From the NCBI RefSeq assembly GCF_006345805.1, contig NC_043023.1, positions 11,532,001-11,596,000 on the forward strand: DNA of 64,000 nucleotides. The letters are read 5' to 3'. The notes under the pieces are model-generated. The model had not been told where the DNA came from, did not search any database, and saw only the letters and a list, made by a program, of their open reading frames with translations. The position numbers and the translations under genes were made by a program. Origin of the DNA: Octopus sinensis (Eukaryota). Position 1 is the first letter of the stretch; each line of letters opens with the position of its first letter. Shown here one piece after another: positions 10,483 to 24,049 of the stretch.

Positions 10483-11646
10483 ATGATCAATCATTCTCTC
10501 ATGATGAATCATTTAACTAAAGCAAACAACCCTGATGCAGGAGAGAAACCATATCGCTGTAATATCTGTGGTAAATCATTCTCTCGACGTAGTCACCTCA
10601 CTAGGCATAAACATATTCATACAGGAGAGAAACCCTATCATTGTGATATCTGTGGTGAATCATACTCTTATAATAGTCAGTTGATTATTCACAAACGTGT
10701 TCATACAGGAGAGAAGCCATATCATTGTGATATTTGTGGTAAATCCTTCTCTGGAAAGGGCGACTTGACTAAACACAAACGTGTTCATACAGGAGAGAAG
10801 CCATTTCATTGTGACATTTGTGGTAAATCATTCTCTCGAAGTGGTGCCTTGCTTAAACACAAACGTACTCATACAGGAGAGAAGCCATATCATTGTGATA
10901 TCTGTGGTAAATCATTCTCCGAAAGGAATCATTTGACTCGCCACAAACGTATTCATACTGGAGAAAAGCCATATCATTGTGATATCTGTGGTAAATCATT
11001 CTCTCAAAGTGGGCATTTGACTAGACACAAATATACACATACAGGAGAAAAGCCATATGATTGTGATATTTGTGTTAAATTATTCAGTCAAAGGATTCCC
11101 TTGTCTGAACACAAACATATTCATACTGCAGAAAAACCATATGATTGTGATGTCTGTGCTAAATCATTCTCTAGAAGTGGGGACTTGACTAAACACAAAC
11201 GCATTCATACAGGAGAGAAGCCCTATCATTGTAATATCTGTGGTGAATCATTCTCTGAAAGCAGTACCTTGACTAAACACAAACGTACACATACAGGAGA
11301 AAAGCCATATCAGTGTGATATTTGTGGTAAATCGTTTTCTCGAAATAGCATTTTAACTTGTCACAAAAGTGTTCATACAGGAGAGAATCCATACCCTTGT
11401 CATATCTGTGGTAAATCATTCTTTTATAAAAGTCACTTGACTACTCACATACGCATTCATACTGGGGAAAAACCATATCACTGTGATATCTGTGGTAATA
11501 CATTTTTTAGAAATAGCGATTTAACAAGTCACAAGCGTGTTCATACAGGAGAGAAGCCGTATCAGTGTGATGTCTGCGGTAAATCATTCTCTCAAAGTGG
11601 TACCTTAACTAAACACAAGTTGGTACATACAAGAGAGAAGCCATAA
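10483..11646 (+). CDS. C2H2 zinc-finger array protein (unit 2), 13 canonical fingers
   Basis: Intact ORF 10474..11646, ATG at 10483; acceptor TTTTCTATTTCAG ends at 10086. Confidence 0.92.
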   Translation: MINHSLMMNHLTKANNPDAGEKPYRCNICGKSFSRRSHLTRHKHIHTGEKPYHCDICGESYSYNSQLIIHKRVHTGEKPYHCDICGKSFSGKGDLTKHKRVHTGEKPFHCDICGKSFSRSGALLKHKRTHTGEKPYHCDICGKSFSERNHLTRHKRIHTGEKPYHCDICGKSFSQSGHLTRHKYTHTGEKPYDCDICVKLFSQRIPLSEHKHIHTAEKPYDCDVCAKSFSRSGDLTKHKRIHTGEKPYHCNICGESFSESSTLTKHKRTHTGEKPYQCDICGKSFSRNSILTCHKSVHTGENPYPCHICGKSFFYKSHLTTHIRIHTGEKPYHCDICGNTFFRNSDLTSHKRVHTGEKPYQCDVCGKSFSQSGTLTKHKLVHTREKP

Positions 11647-12099
11647 CTTTCCAATCCCTGTGGTAATTATTTTTGGGAAATGGTGTTTCAACTATACATG
11701 AATATTTCCATACTCTACAGAAACAGTCATTGTGATATCTCTGGAAAATCTTTCTCTCGTAGATCTATCGTATATTTCTGGTGTATAAATGACTGTGTAC
11801 AAGATGATGCCTAAGATTTCCATTTAAAAAGTGTGTTTTGAGATATATTTGATGTATACCATAATAAATACATTATGTACAGAATGCGAGGGAATGCAAC
11901 TCTCGAAGCAAGAGTGAGGTATTTATGTATAGGAATGCCCTTGATGTAAATAAATATATACACACCCATACACACAGACATATATATATATATATATAAT
12001 AACAATTTAAGAAATAAAACATATGCATACATACATACATATATGTACGTACCTACATCTATATGTATATATACATGCATATATATATATATATATGAG

Positions 12100-12330
12100 T
12101 ACAGGACACCACAAATAAACGGAGAACACAACGAGAAAGGAAAACATAAAACCAAACAAGGAAACGGACTTTTTTTAACAACGAAAAAACAGAGTACAAG
12201 ACAAACAATACAAGGAATATTCCCCTTCATCAGCTGCCCCTGCTTCAACTCAATGCATGTTTCGAAGTTAAGGGCAGAACACGATCCGGCTGAAGCAGTC
12301 CTTCCTGCAAAATGAATTAAATAAAATTCT
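12100..12330 (-). mobile_element. Possible Penelope-like terminal repeat fragment
   Basis: Minus strand carries CGAAAC (12259-12264) and CTGATGAAGGGG (core at 12227-12233), motifs typical of PLE termini; no ORF. Confidence 0.3.
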
Positions 12331-13036
12331 TTTGCAGAGGGGTAAAAAAAGGAAAGAAAAAAAGTGACAAGAACAGGACGTAAAAGCAATGCAAATAAAA
12401 ATACAGAACACATAAAGAATAAAAACAGGACAAGGAAACCAGCATTGAGGGCTTACATATTATGTTTTTGGATTTGGTTTCAAAGATTCTTTATATGAGT
12501 TCGTGTATTGAAGCATTTTCTGTTGTGTCTGAGGAGACATATAGCATATAGAGATGCACATCCATTCATACAAATATGGTACATAGTTGGAAAACACACA
12601 CACAAGGTGACAGAGGTGCGTACATATAAGTTTTCATGGAAAGTAGCTTGATCGCCAAAAGCATGAGCTTCGTAGCTAAAGGGGTCGGGTGACCTGTGCT
12701 TTCCCTAGTGACCCCTCAAACCTCTGCTTTTCTTGTGTTTCAGTAGCATTTTTAAATGTTTCGATCAATAAACTTTGTATGCAATAATTCTAAAGTCTTT
12801 GTTGTTTGAAAATTATCCAGTTCTTCACAAAAAGTGGCCAGGTATTGTAAATTACCAACTATGAAACGTACCTGGCTGGTGTAAACACCATAGTGACATC
12901 ACTTACGCATCAGTTATTTTACAGGAACTAACATGGTGTCAAGTAATCCATAATAACACCATTTACTTGGAATGGATTTACAAATTTACTTTACTGTCAT
13001 CATCATCATTTAACGTCCGTTACACTACACTTACGG

Positions 13037-13180
13037 AGTGGTTGGTGTTAGGAAGGGCATTCAGCCGTAGAAACATTGCCAGATCAGACTGGGCCTGGTG
13101 CAGCCTTCTGGCTTCCCAGACCCCAGTTGAACCGTCTGACCCATGCTAGCATGGAAAGCGGACGCTAAATGATGATGATA
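13037..13180 (+). mobile_element. RTE LINE 3'-end fragment
   Basis: Same tail as 29990-30160, ending in (GAT)n. Confidence 0.8.
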
Positions 13181-13370
13181 GCAAAGAATTTAGTAAAATA
13201 ACTTAGTTATCATTAAGCTAGTGTTAGGAACATTAATTGTAACTAAGGTTTGGTGGAAGATTTTAATTCAAAACTTATGAAAACAAGACATTTGTATTAC
13301 AGAGCCAGAGGTGGTTTCAGCCGGGTTGTATCAAAAGTGTTAAGAATTGTTTCTCTATTATATATTTTAA

Positions 13371-13591
13371 CCCTTTCATTACTGTACTTATTTTGAGGTG
13401 CTCTGTGTTTCTTCCTATTACTTTAAATATAGCAAAGAATTTAGTAAAATAACTTCGTTATCATTAAGCTAGTGTTAGGAACATAAATTGTAACTAAGGT
13501 TTGGTGGAAGATTTTAATGCAAAACTTGTGAAAACAAAACATTTGTACTACAGAGCCATAGGCAGTTTCAGCCGGGTTGGTAACAAAAGGG
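13371..13591. mobile_element. piggyBac-like MITE
   Basis: TTAA|CCCTTTCATTAC ... GTAACAAAAGGG|TCAA; a partial copy lies at 13178-13343 and another at 63876-64000. Confidence 0.65.
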
Positions 13592-14093
13592 TCAAAAAGC
13601 AATGGTAATGACACAACACAAGCAGAGCCCAGGTGATAGTATCACATAAAAAGAGGAGGTACTGGTATCATAAAATTCATTAGTGTTAGTCCCTTGTGAA
13701 AATCCATCCTCTCCTCATTGCGGTGGGGACGCTAGCAACGGGTAGTGTCAGAGCTATGCCGTCATGAACTTCGGTTCCTGGTAGGGCCGGCCACCCAAGG
13801 CGGATTGGTCTGGCACCAAGTGGTATTAGGGCCACAACCCGGCAGACGGGGCTCTGGTGAAAATCCTCAAAGTGTCTGCTTCGGCAACCGGCGGCTCCTC
13901 AGTTGTTCTGTCCCTGCATCTGTGGACAATCTGCAGCAAATAGGATGTCTCCACGAAACTTCTTCCATGCTGGAACCTCGTGGAGCTTTAGGTGTTTTGG
14001 CTCAATAAACACTCACAACGCCTGGTCTGAGAATCGAAACTGTGATCCTACAACCGCAAGTCCGCTGCCCTAACCATTGAGCCATTGCACCTC

Positions 14094-14125
<32 letters not shown>

Positions 14126-14191
14126 CTTGTGGGCAATAAAGAAATAAGAATATACATGTGTATATATATATATATATACATACATATGCAT

Positions 14192-14388
14192 ATTCTTATT
14201 TCTTTATTGCCCACAGGGGGCTAAACAAGGACAGACAAAGGGATTAAGACGATTACATCAACCAAGTGCGTAACTGGTACTTTATTTATTGACTCCGAAA
14301 GGCAAAATTTGAACTCAGAGCATAATGGCAGACGAAATATCGCTAAGCATTCCGCCCGGCATGTGAACGTTTCTGCCATCTCGCCGCC
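14192..14388 (-). mobile_element. tRNA-derived SINE, family B
   Basis: Reverse complement of the 51806 copy, with an internal deletion. Confidence 0.75.
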
Positions 14389-14402
14389 TTGGCTCCTACT
14401 TT

Positions 14403-14803
14403 GGATCTTTTCGGTTGAACGGCAGTTTTTTCTAGCGGTGTTATATGAAATTGTCACCCATAATTATGACCCTAGTATCGATCTATTGCATTTCAATCTA
14501 TTTTAGGGTTAGGGGTGAGGGGAAGAGCATCTTTTTTTCTTCAGAAATGTAAATAAACCCAATCTGTTTCTTAAACGAGGGACATAGTCATACGGCACAG
14601 AATGTTTTTTACCTCAATGGACATCACTGATTGGTTGAAATTGAAGAAAAAAAACAACAAATATCTTACAAACTATAGAATTTTGTCGATAAAGCCAAGA
14701 GAAAAAGATGTTTTATAAACACATTCTAGCAATATACGAAGTTTAAAAGTGTTTAGTTACGTGGAAATTATTTTTAAAAACTGCCGTTCAGACCGGAAAC
14801 ACC
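14403..14803. mobile_element. MITE, GGATC-TIR family, near full length
   Basis: GGATCTTTTCGGTTGAACGGCAGTTTTT ... AAAAACTGCCGTTCAGACCGGAAA; internal TTAGGGTTAGGG. Confidence 0.8.
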
Positions 14804-15410
14804 CAATATATGAGTACACTTTGTTCGAATAACTTGAAAAAACTTCCATGTGAAGTTATTGATGAAACGGGACAAATGTAGCCAGTCAGCAGAGCCATCT
14901 ACTGGAGAATTCATAAAATACAATCGTTTAAAGGGAAATAACCTCTTCAACATTTGAACCGCGAAGCATCGAAAATATTAATCACGGTGATTAATTAGCA
15001 GTTAATTAGTCATTGCTAATATCTGAATACGGTAAGTCGGCAAACATTGACGTTGATAATATTACTAATAACAATGTAAAATAATAGAATTATGTGAACC
15101 TCTCGGTGTGACAGTGTTTCGAAGCAGAACCGTAACATTAGGAAAATATAATTTGCTCGTCTTAATTAATAATTTCCAAATCTTAATTAATAATTTCCAA
15201 ACTGAAATGTTGATCTGTTGTTTATGAAATCCTAAGACCGACGGTTACGTGTGATATAAAGCCAGTTATTTTATGAAAGGAGGGTAAAGCGGTGCAGTTA
15301 ATTAGTAAAATGAGGGGAAATCGATTCAAGAATACCACATTAATTAATGAGACACATTAATTAACATTGTCCTGTTGTTAATTAGACACTGATAAAACAG
15401 TAAGTGGAGA
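14804..15410 (+). promoter_or_regulatory. Upstream module copy (unit 3)
   Basis: Homologous module; donor GAATACG|GTAAGT (GT at 15032). Confidence 0.55.
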
Positions 15411-15559
15411 CGGATTTGATCTTTGGTTATTTTAATTATAGGAATGATGATGGTATAACTACAGATTTCTGTCAAACTAAAGTCTTTGACCCGAGCAGAA
15501 AAGGAAAAAAAGAGAGGTAATGCAATAGGTGCAGAAAGAAAAAACGAATACGAAGGGGG

Positions 15560-16560
15560 GGGGGAATGCGCGCTGGTGAACGAGGGTCCGGGGAGAGGAT
15601 TCGGAAAATTCACATCGTGAATGTTCCAAGTCTTCTCACCGATTCCCCGTTCGTCGGTGAAGTTTTTTTTTCTGTATATTTGTTTACTACACATTATTTT
15701 ACACTATTTTAGGCGTAACTTCGGTATACGGCCCGGAAATACCGGATACATTTCAAGAAAGTGTTTTTTTTATTATATATATATACGGGGGGTTAGGGTT
15801 AGGAGTGGGAGAAAAGTGTTTTTGTTATCTCCAGAAATGTAAAAAAAGCCACCGAAGGATTGCCCTATATTTTTTTTTTTCAATTTTTTGACGGAGGTGG
15901 ATGGTGTGCGGACTCGGATAATTCACGCGATCCAGCAACTCCACTTCGACACCCGGTCACAAAAATGAGGGAAAAATAGTGTAATAGGTGTAAAATAACG
16001 TGTAGTAAACGAATATGAAAAAAAATGCCCGCTGACGAACGGGGTGGAGGAGAGAACTTGGAAAATTCACATGGGGAATGTTCCAAGTTCTCTCACCAAA
16101 TATTCGAACGGGTGTGGGTGGGGTTTGGACTCGGATAATTCGCGCATTTCAGTAACCCCACTTCGACACCCGGTCACAAAAAGGGAAAAAAAGTGTTAAA
16201 TAACGTGTAATAAATGAATATGAAAAAAATATGCCTGCTGGGGAGAGGACTTGGAAAATTCACATCGAGAATGTTCGAAGTCCTCTCATCGATTCGCCGT
16301 TTGTCGGCTAAAATTTTTTTCTTCATATTCGTTTACCATACATTATTTTACACCTAGTATACTATTTTTTTATGGGTGTGGGTGGGGTGCAGACTCGGAA
16401 TATTTCACGTGATCCAGTAACTCCACTTCGTCACCCGGTCACAAAACTGAAAAAAAAAAAAAAAAAATAGTGTAATAGGTGTAAAATAACGTGTACTAAA
16501 CGAATATCAAAAAATAAATGGGTGCTGGCGAACGGGGGGAGGGGCCAAAAACCCGGACAA
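15560..16560. repeat. Complex repeat of ~200-260-bp units carrying hairpins
   Basis: GAGAGAACTTGGAA...TTCCAAGTTCTCTC palindrome (about 16050-16094), variants at about 15594 and 16243; GGACTCGG...CACCCGGTCACAAAA present three times. Confidence 0.75.
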
Positions 16561-17672
16561 CTCACACGATATTTTTCCCTAAAGAAAATGGATATTCTTC
16601 CCAACCAGATGGTACTGGGTTCAGTCCCACTGCATGGCATCTTGGGCAAGTGAATTTTCTGAGTCCTCAACCCCACCGTTTGCCAGAGAGCATTTTTTGT
16701 TTTATATTCATTTTTTCTGCCCCCCCCCCCTCACGAATTTGGATGATCATAACTTGCAGAAAAATAGATATTTTTAAATGAAATTTTCTACGAATATGTG
16801 TTATATCATGTAGATTCCGAATATATAATCTTTTTTTTCTTTTTTGGTGCGGGGAAGAGTTTTAGGATGCTACATTGAGGCTAACTTTTTTGTGTAGCTT
16901 CATTGGATTGCCTCAAGTTCTGAGATTAATATGACACTGATTGGTGACCATAGCTGAGAGCAATAGTCAAAGTGGCTTAGGACAAGTGTCCTCCAGAGGA
17001 CCATCATGGTTTCCTAATCTCTTGTTCTAAAAGTTCTAAGAATCCATCCAGTCACTGCCAGTATTTCCTTGCCAATTTAGCAACATACACATTGAAGGAT
17101 GCATTATTACTCATGTAAATGCCCAGGTCTTGCACTGACTGTGCCCCTGAAATTGCAAACCGAAAAGATCCTAAATTAGTTGTAAAGATTCACAATTGTT
17201 TGGTAAGTACCCTGCCAACTAAGCCATACCACAGGTGAAACAAGTGAAAGCAAAGTAAAGAAAGAAAAAAAAGAGAAAACAGATAAATAATTAAAGAAAT
17301 GTTGAAGCGATTCATCTATATACAGAATGTTTTAAATGTTTCAAAGCCTCAATGAATTCCGACCCAAGTGAGCATAGACATTGAATGGATGACAGTGTTG
17401 ATGTTGTAAGATTTGCAATGTTGAATTACTATGTCGTTTAACAATTCTCTTTATCTCACTGCTTCTTTTTTTCTATTTCAGGATATCGCATCATGTTGAT
17501 GTTAAAGAAATTTCTTCATTCAGACATGCCTCTGGTATTTTTATTGACTACAGGAAGATGATATATTTATAAGGAGCATTCATCAATACATCAACCTCTT
17601 TATATAAAACATATTCATAGAAATTTAAAAGACACTTTCATTGTTGTATGTACGATAAATTATTCTCTCAAG

Positions 17673-18647
17673 ATGAGTCATATAACTAAAGGCAAAAACC
17701 CTGATAAAGTAGAGAAACCATATCAGTGTGATATCTGTGGTAAACCATTCTCTCAAAGTGGTCACTTGACTGTACACAAACGTACACATACAGGAGAAAA
17801 GCCATACCATTGTGATATCTGTGGTAAATCATTCTCTGAAAGCAGTACCTTGACTAAACACAAACGTACTCATACAGGGAAGAAGCCATATCATTGCGAT
17901 ATTTGTGGTAAATCATTCTCTGAAAGTAAACATTTGACTCGTCACAAACATATTCATACAGGAGAAAAGCCACATCATTGTGATATCTGTGGTAAATCAT
18001 TCTCTGAAAGTAGTAATTTGATTTGTCACAAACGTACACATACAGGTGAAAAGCCATATCATTGTGATATCTGTGGTAAATCCTTCGCTACAAATAATTA
18101 TTTGACTTGTCACAAACATATACATACTGGAGAAAAGCCATATCATTGTGATATTTGTGATAAATCATTCTCTCGAAGTGGGGACTTGTCTAGACACAAA
18201 CTTACACATACAGGTGAGAAGCCATACCATTGTGATATTTGTGGTAAATCATTCTCTTCTAGTAGCCATTTGATTCGTCACAAATGTATTCATACTGGGG
18301 AGAAACCATTTCAGTGTGATATTTGTGGTAAATCGTTTTCTCGAAATAGCATTTTAACTTGTCACAAAAGTGTTCATACAGGAGAGAATCCATACCCTTG
18401 TCATATCTGTGGTAAATCATTCTTTTATAATAGTCAGTTGACTTATCACTTACGTATTCACACTGAGGGAAAACCTCATCACTGTGATATCTGTGGTAAA
18501 ACATTTTTTAGAAAAAGCGATTTAACAAGTCACAAACGTGTTCATACAGGAGAGAAGCCATTTTCTTGTGATGTCTGCGGTAAATCATTCTCTCAAAGTG
18601 GTACCTTAACTAAACACAAGTTGGTACATACAAGAGAGAAGCCATAA
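17673..18647 (+). CDS. C2H2 zinc-finger array protein (unit 3), 11 canonical fingers
   Basis: Intact ORF; first leader ATG is ACG so the second Met is used; acceptor ends at 17481; last four fingers nearly the same as unit 2. Confidence 0.9.
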   Translation: MSHITKGKNPDKVEKPYQCDICGKPFSQSGHLTVHKRTHTGEKPYHCDICGKSFSESSTLTKHKRTHTGKKPYHCDICGKSFSESKHLTRHKHIHTGEKPHHCDICGKSFSESSNLICHKRTHTGEKPYHCDICGKSFATNNYLTCHKHIHTGEKPYHCDICDKSFSRSGDLSRHKLTHTGEKPYHCDICGKSFSSSSHLIRHKCIHTGEKPFQCDICGKSFSRNSILTCHKSVHTGENPYPCHICGKSFFYNSQLTYHLRIHTEGKPHHCDICGKTFFRKSDLTSHKRVHTGEKPFSCDVCGKSFSQSGTLTKHKLVHTREKP

Positions 18648-18890
18648 CATTCCAATACCTGTGGTAATTATTTTTGGGGAAATGGTGTTTTAACTATACT
18701 TCTCCTGACCCCAACTTCTCTTTATTCCCACATAATTTCTCTCTTCACTGACATCCCCCTCCACCTACAAAAACTTTCTCATTTTCCTGAGCATCAAACT
18801 AATACACCTGCTCATTGATTATACACCTGTCATTTTTTTTTCTGTAAAGTTCAAGTAATTTTTATTGAACTTCTATTTCAGAAAATAAAA

Positions 18891-19300
18891 ATGACAGCCC
18901 CTATTCTTACTAACGAAATGAAAAGGCATGCTGCGATTGTGGCTTTGATTGCTAATCATGGTGATTTAGAAATTTCTCGTTTTCTAAAAGTTGCAAGATC
19001 TTTCGTTCACAAGATTCGGTGTGAGTTAGAAAAAGATGGAAATGTATCACCTGTCTCAAAACGTAAAAAACATTCCAAGCGCTCTGATTCTATCAGGACA
19101 CCTGAATTTATTCAGGAAGTTAAGCAAAACATTAGAGACAATCCAGGAAAATCAATGAGGTCAATCGCAAAAAAATTTTGTGTGTCGGAAAAAACGATTA
19201 GAAATATTTGTGCATGAAGACATCAGATACAAATCTTGCAAGAAGGAAGAACAAAAAAAACTGATTTGTCAGATCCAAAAGACTTTTGAATATCTAAATA
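18891..19300 (+). mobile_element. IS630-Tc1-mariner transposase relic (N-terminal HTH region)
   Basis: MKRHAAIVAL..EISRFLKVARSFVHKIR..RKKHSKRSDSIRTPEFI..NPGKSMRSIAKK..VSEKTIRNI, then a frameshift into HEDIRYKS; no DDD/E domain visible. Confidence 0.75.
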
Positions 19301-19869
19301 GATCAACACAACGATGGCTTTGATGGTGCTGGATTTTTGAGGAATTTGTTATGAGAGAATAAAGGAATGGGATAAGGAATGAAAGTTTTAAGTGACATTG
19401 ATTTTGTCTTTGTTGTGTTTTCATCATCATCATCATACATTACCATCCATTTTCTTTGCAGGCATGGATGGGAAAGTGTGACAGGTGTTGGCAAGCCAGA
19501 GTGCTTCTCCAGGTTACACTCAGATTTGGCTTGTTTTCTTTGGCTGTATGCCCTTAAGATACGAGGCATATTCTATTAATATGCCTGTTCAAGTATCGTA
19601 ATAGCATGAAACTAGTAGTAGCCCTTTCAATTATGTATTTAATTTGATATATGTATGTATGTGTGTGAACATGATGTCGGTCTGATAACTAAAATAAATG
19701 TATACAAATCTTGGATTTCAAGCATATTTCTGAATGGGGCAGTAGCATAGACTCCCTTTTGCAGACAAAAAACCTTGAAACTTTTCACATGTATGGAGCA
19801 AGATAAGAACTTGTCAACAAGTTCAAAAAGACCTTCCGGCGGTGTAGCTGTCACTTATAATCCCACTTG

Positions 19870-20830
19870 CGCTTATTTACGTTTCTGAAGAAAAAAAAAC
19901 CCTTCGCCCCACACCTAACCCAAACTCTAACTCTAACCCCACAATCTTTTATTCATACGAACGTGACTGATATGAAATGACAAACGAAATGGAGACCGCA
20001 GGAAGTTGTTGGCAAACAACAGCAGAATTTGTATTCACCTCAATAGACGTCATTGATTGGTTGAAATTGCCGAAATGCAAGAAATTTGTCAACAAATAGC
20101 TTATAAACTACAGAATTTTTCTCAAGAAAGCCAAGAGAAAAAGATGTTTTATGTAACACATTCTACCAGTATACGAAGTTTAAAAGTGTTTATTTACAAA
20201 GAAATTATTTTAAAAATCTGCCGGTCAAAGTGAAAAGGTACCAGGCTTGTTTTCGAGGCTACAGCTCCCTATAAAAACTCAGCTTTTCTGGTGAAAATTT
20301 GAAAACTCTTCAAGATGATGTTCACACAATGGGACAGTAGAGTTATCTGTTGGAGAATAAAAGAAATACAACCAGATAAAGGGAAATAACTTCTACTACA
20401 CTCCAAACCATGTGGTCTCTGTAAATTATTAATTAAGGTGCTTAATTACTGATCACTGATTCGTTGTTTATATCTGAATACGGTAAGTTGTCAAAGATTT
20501 ACTTTAAGGCTGTAAAGGTGATAATACTAGTACTAATAATAATGTAATAATAGGATTATGTGAACCTCTTGTTCGTAAAGTAATTATTTCGAAGCTGAAA
20601 CTTAACAAAATTAGGAAAATATATTTGCTCGTCTTAATTATAATTTCCAAACTGAAATGTTGATCTGTTGTTTAGGAAAGCCTACAATCGACTGTTACAT
20701 GTGATATAAAGGAAATTAACGGGTAAAATGGAAGTAATATGGCATATTTAATTAGTAAAATTCGAGGAAGAATACGACGTTAATTAATGCTGTCCTGTTG
20801 TTTATGAGGCATTGATAATAAGATTTAGTT
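19870..20830 (+). promoter_or_regulatory. MITE fragment plus upstream module (unit 4)
   Basis: GACGTCATTGATTGG at 20046-20060; donor GAATACG|GTAAGT (GT at 20483). Confidence 0.55.
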
Positions 20831-21736
20831 TAATGTTATATTATTAATAGTGATGATGATGATGGTTTCAAATTTTGGCCCAAGGCCAGCAATCTTTCAT
20901 GCGAGTGAGGGGAGTAGAATATATGGGACTTAGTATTTCCCGAAAGGGATGAAGGCAAAGCCGACCTCGGCCGTATTTAAACTCAGGACTTTCCGCCGAA
21001 GTCGACATTTCACTTAAATTCGTTTCTGAGTCCATAAATAATAATGAAGATAATGATAAGGGCCTGTAATTTGGAGGGGAGACGTAATTCTATTGCTTGG
21101 ACCCTAGTTCTTTTTATTGCTTTTGATTTCATTGACCTCGAAAGGATGACAGGCAAAGTGAACCTCGGTGGAATTTGAACTTTCAGAGTAAAGACGGACG
21201 AGTGTTACATATGATATGAAGTAAATTGATAAAAGATTTGGTAGATTAACGGTAATTCAGAATTGGTAGATGTTCCTTACATTTAATTACTGCATAATGA
21301 GAGAAAAGGTGCCTAATTAATTTTGATAGAATAACTAAAAATCTGTGGCGTATAAGTACATAAACGTGCCCCGCTGACTTTGTTTTCTTCTCACTTGCTG
21401 AAAAATCGTTTTTTTTTTGTTTTTTCTAATGGAATCTCCTATGACTATATTTTAGAAGATGACAGTTTTAATACTTTTCAGACGGTGTAGTTTGTGATTA
21501 TATCAGAATTTGTTGTGGAAACCATTGTTCTGAGCCAGTTTAATGAAGGAGAGTTTCACATGATTCAAAAGCCTCAGTTTTGTTTCCTCAATCACCAACA
21601 TCGGATTTCAAGCAGTGAGTGAGGGGTGGGCGGAAAAACACACATTGATATATATGTGTATATGTATATAGGATCGGCTTTTTTTCAAATTCCATTTACC
21701 AAATCCACTCACAAGACTTTGGTCAGCCCAAGCGTG

Positions 21737-22117
21737 GGTACTACTTGAGAACAGTGGTCCCGGTGCGCATACTCGCGCATCCGCGCCAGCTAGTCATAGC
21801 TAGTCGATCCTTACTTTGTGTTTTTGTGTTATTTACATTGTTTAAGGCGATCCTTTGGTATAGGTACACACGTGACTTTGTTTACATTTCTGAAGATAAC
21901 AGAAACCCTTTTCTCCGACCCCTAACCCTAACCTCCCATATACAGAAAAAAACCACTTTCTTGAAACGTATCCGGTACTTCTTGTACTTATACCGAAGTT
22001 ATGCTAAAAATTATTTACTTTGCTAGGTAGTCGTAGGATCGACTACTTATGACTAGCTAGCGCGGATACGCGACTGCGAGTGTGCGTGCAAAGGGACCAC
22101 TGTTTGCTAGTAGTACC
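21737..22117. mobile_element. Mutator-like MITE inserted in a SINE
   Basis: GGTACTACT...AGTAGTACC termini, ~90-bp imperfect TIRs, perfect 9-bp TSD CCAAGCGTG (21728-21736 and 22118-22126). Confidence 0.85.
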
Positions 22118-22227
22118 CCAAGCGTGTAGTAGAAACGTTGTGCCCAATTTGTCACGTACTGGGACTGTACCTAGAACTATGTGGTTGAGAAACGAGCTTC
22201 ATACAAGAAACCTGCGAATGTTTTTAA

Positions 22228-22441
22228 CCCTTTAGTATTCAGATAATTCTGTCAAATGTGATGTTTGTTTATTTAAAATGGTTTGAATTAATCAAGCATT
22301 ATCTTGTAGTTTAGAGATTTAGGTGATGTGATTTTTTAGTTTTAGAACGACATGGTAGGGCTGAGATGAAAGGTGAGATCTGGTCAATATATAACAGGTT
22401 AAATATTTTGGCTAGATATGGCCGGTTTGAATGCTAAAGGC
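22228..22441. mobile_element. piggyBac-like MITE (second family)
   Basis: TTAA|CCCTTTAGTATTCA ... TGAATGCTAAAGGC|TTAA. Confidence 0.7.
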
Positions 22442-22572
22442 TTAAACTACACTCAATGTCGTTGTTACAACTTTCTCTTGTTAATTATTGAGCATCTTAA
22501 ATTTTTGAGGTTATTGTGCTTGCTGTGTAAAACTATAGATGTGTGCATGTGTATCTCTCTCTCCCTTTCTAT

Positions 22573-22930
22573 AGGCGCGGGAGTGGCTTTGTGGTAAGTA
22601 GCTTGCTTACCAGTCACATGATTCTGGGTTCAGTCCCACTGCGTGGCATCTTGGGCAAGTGTCTTCTGCTATAGCCTCGGGCCGACCAATGCCTTGTGAG
22701 TGGATTTGGTAGATGGAAACTGTATTTATGTGTGTGTCTGTGTTTGTCCCCCCAACATTGCTTGACAACCGATGCTGGTGTGTTTACGTCCCCTGTCACT
22801 TAGCGGTTCGGTGAAAGAGACCGATAGAATAAGTGCTGGACTTACAAAGAATTATTTCCGGGGTCGATTTGCTCGACTAAAGGTGGTGCTCCAGCATGGC
22901 CGCAGTCAAATGACAGAAACAAGTAAAAGA
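22573..22930 (+). mobile_element. tRNA-derived SINE, family A
   Basis: Full-length match to 853-1229. Confidence 0.85.
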
Positions 22931-24049
22931 ACATATCGTCATCATCTTCCTCGTTGTCATTGTTTAATGTCTGCTTTCCATTCTGGCATAGGTTGGACTG
23001 TTTGACAGAGAAGCAGAACAGTGCAGGGCTGGGTCAGGCTGCAATGTCATCTTTACAATGGTTTCTACTGCTAGATGCCCTTCCTAATGCCAACCACAGA
23101 ATGTACTGGGTGCTTTTTATGTGCTGGGAGCAGGTGTGGCTATGAGATAAGAAGTTTGCTTCCTAACCCATTCTTGCAGTTTGGGTAAGTGTCTCCCATG
23201 ATGGCCTTGGGTCAACTAAAACCTTGTGAGTGGATGTGGTTGATGGAAACTAAAAGAAGCATATCATGTATACACATATCATCATCATCATCATCTTTTA
23301 ATGTCTGCCTTCTATGCCAGCCTGAGGGGGATGGCTTGACAGGAGTCTGCCAGGTGGAAGACTGCACGAGATCTGTGATTGTTTTAGCAGGATTTTACAG
23401 CTGGATGCTCTTCCTGACACCAACCATTCAGCAGAGGGAGTTTTGGCTTTTTATGTAGTAAGGTTTTGGTAAGAATATCACTTCACTAGGAAACAGGTAA
23501 GGATTGGCAACAGGAAGGGCCTCCAGCTGTAGAATATCTGCCTTTGTATAATCCATCTGATCCATTGAAGCATGGAAAAGTGGATGTTAAAATGATGACA
23601 ATGATGATGGTCTGTCTTGTTCCGTAAAGGAGCTTCTACACAGGTTACAGAAGCTGCTGGAAATAGCAGCCAAATATTTTTGAAATATTAAATAAAGGAT
23701 ATTGAACCATGTACTTGCTCTCAAAGCAAGTGGTCCTGTGGCATCTTAAGCAAATGTCTTCTACTACAGCCCTGGGCCAACTAAAGCCTTATGGGGAGAT
23801 TTGGTAGATGGAAAGTGTATCATGTATACAATTAGGTGCGTATGTGTGTCTTTGTGTTTCTCCTCCCCCCTCCCTGCCATACTGCATGTGACTATGGTTG
23901 TTAGTTTGTTTACATCCCTGTGACATAGTGTTTGGTCCAAAGAGACTCATAGAATATGTAGCAAACTTAAATATAAGTAGAGGGGTTGATTCGTTTGATT
24001 GAACCATTTAAAGAAGTACTCCAGCATGGCCACAGTCCCTGGGTGAAAC

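Noticed and set aside
11811-12413. 200-aa hydrophobic ORF as a membrane protein
   Set aside because: Built from low-complexity TA/TG and T-rich repeat sequence.
13690-13990. GC-richer island with ORF 13745..14008
   Set aside because: Single copy in the window and no motif recognised; could be a TE 5'UTR but I cannot support a call.
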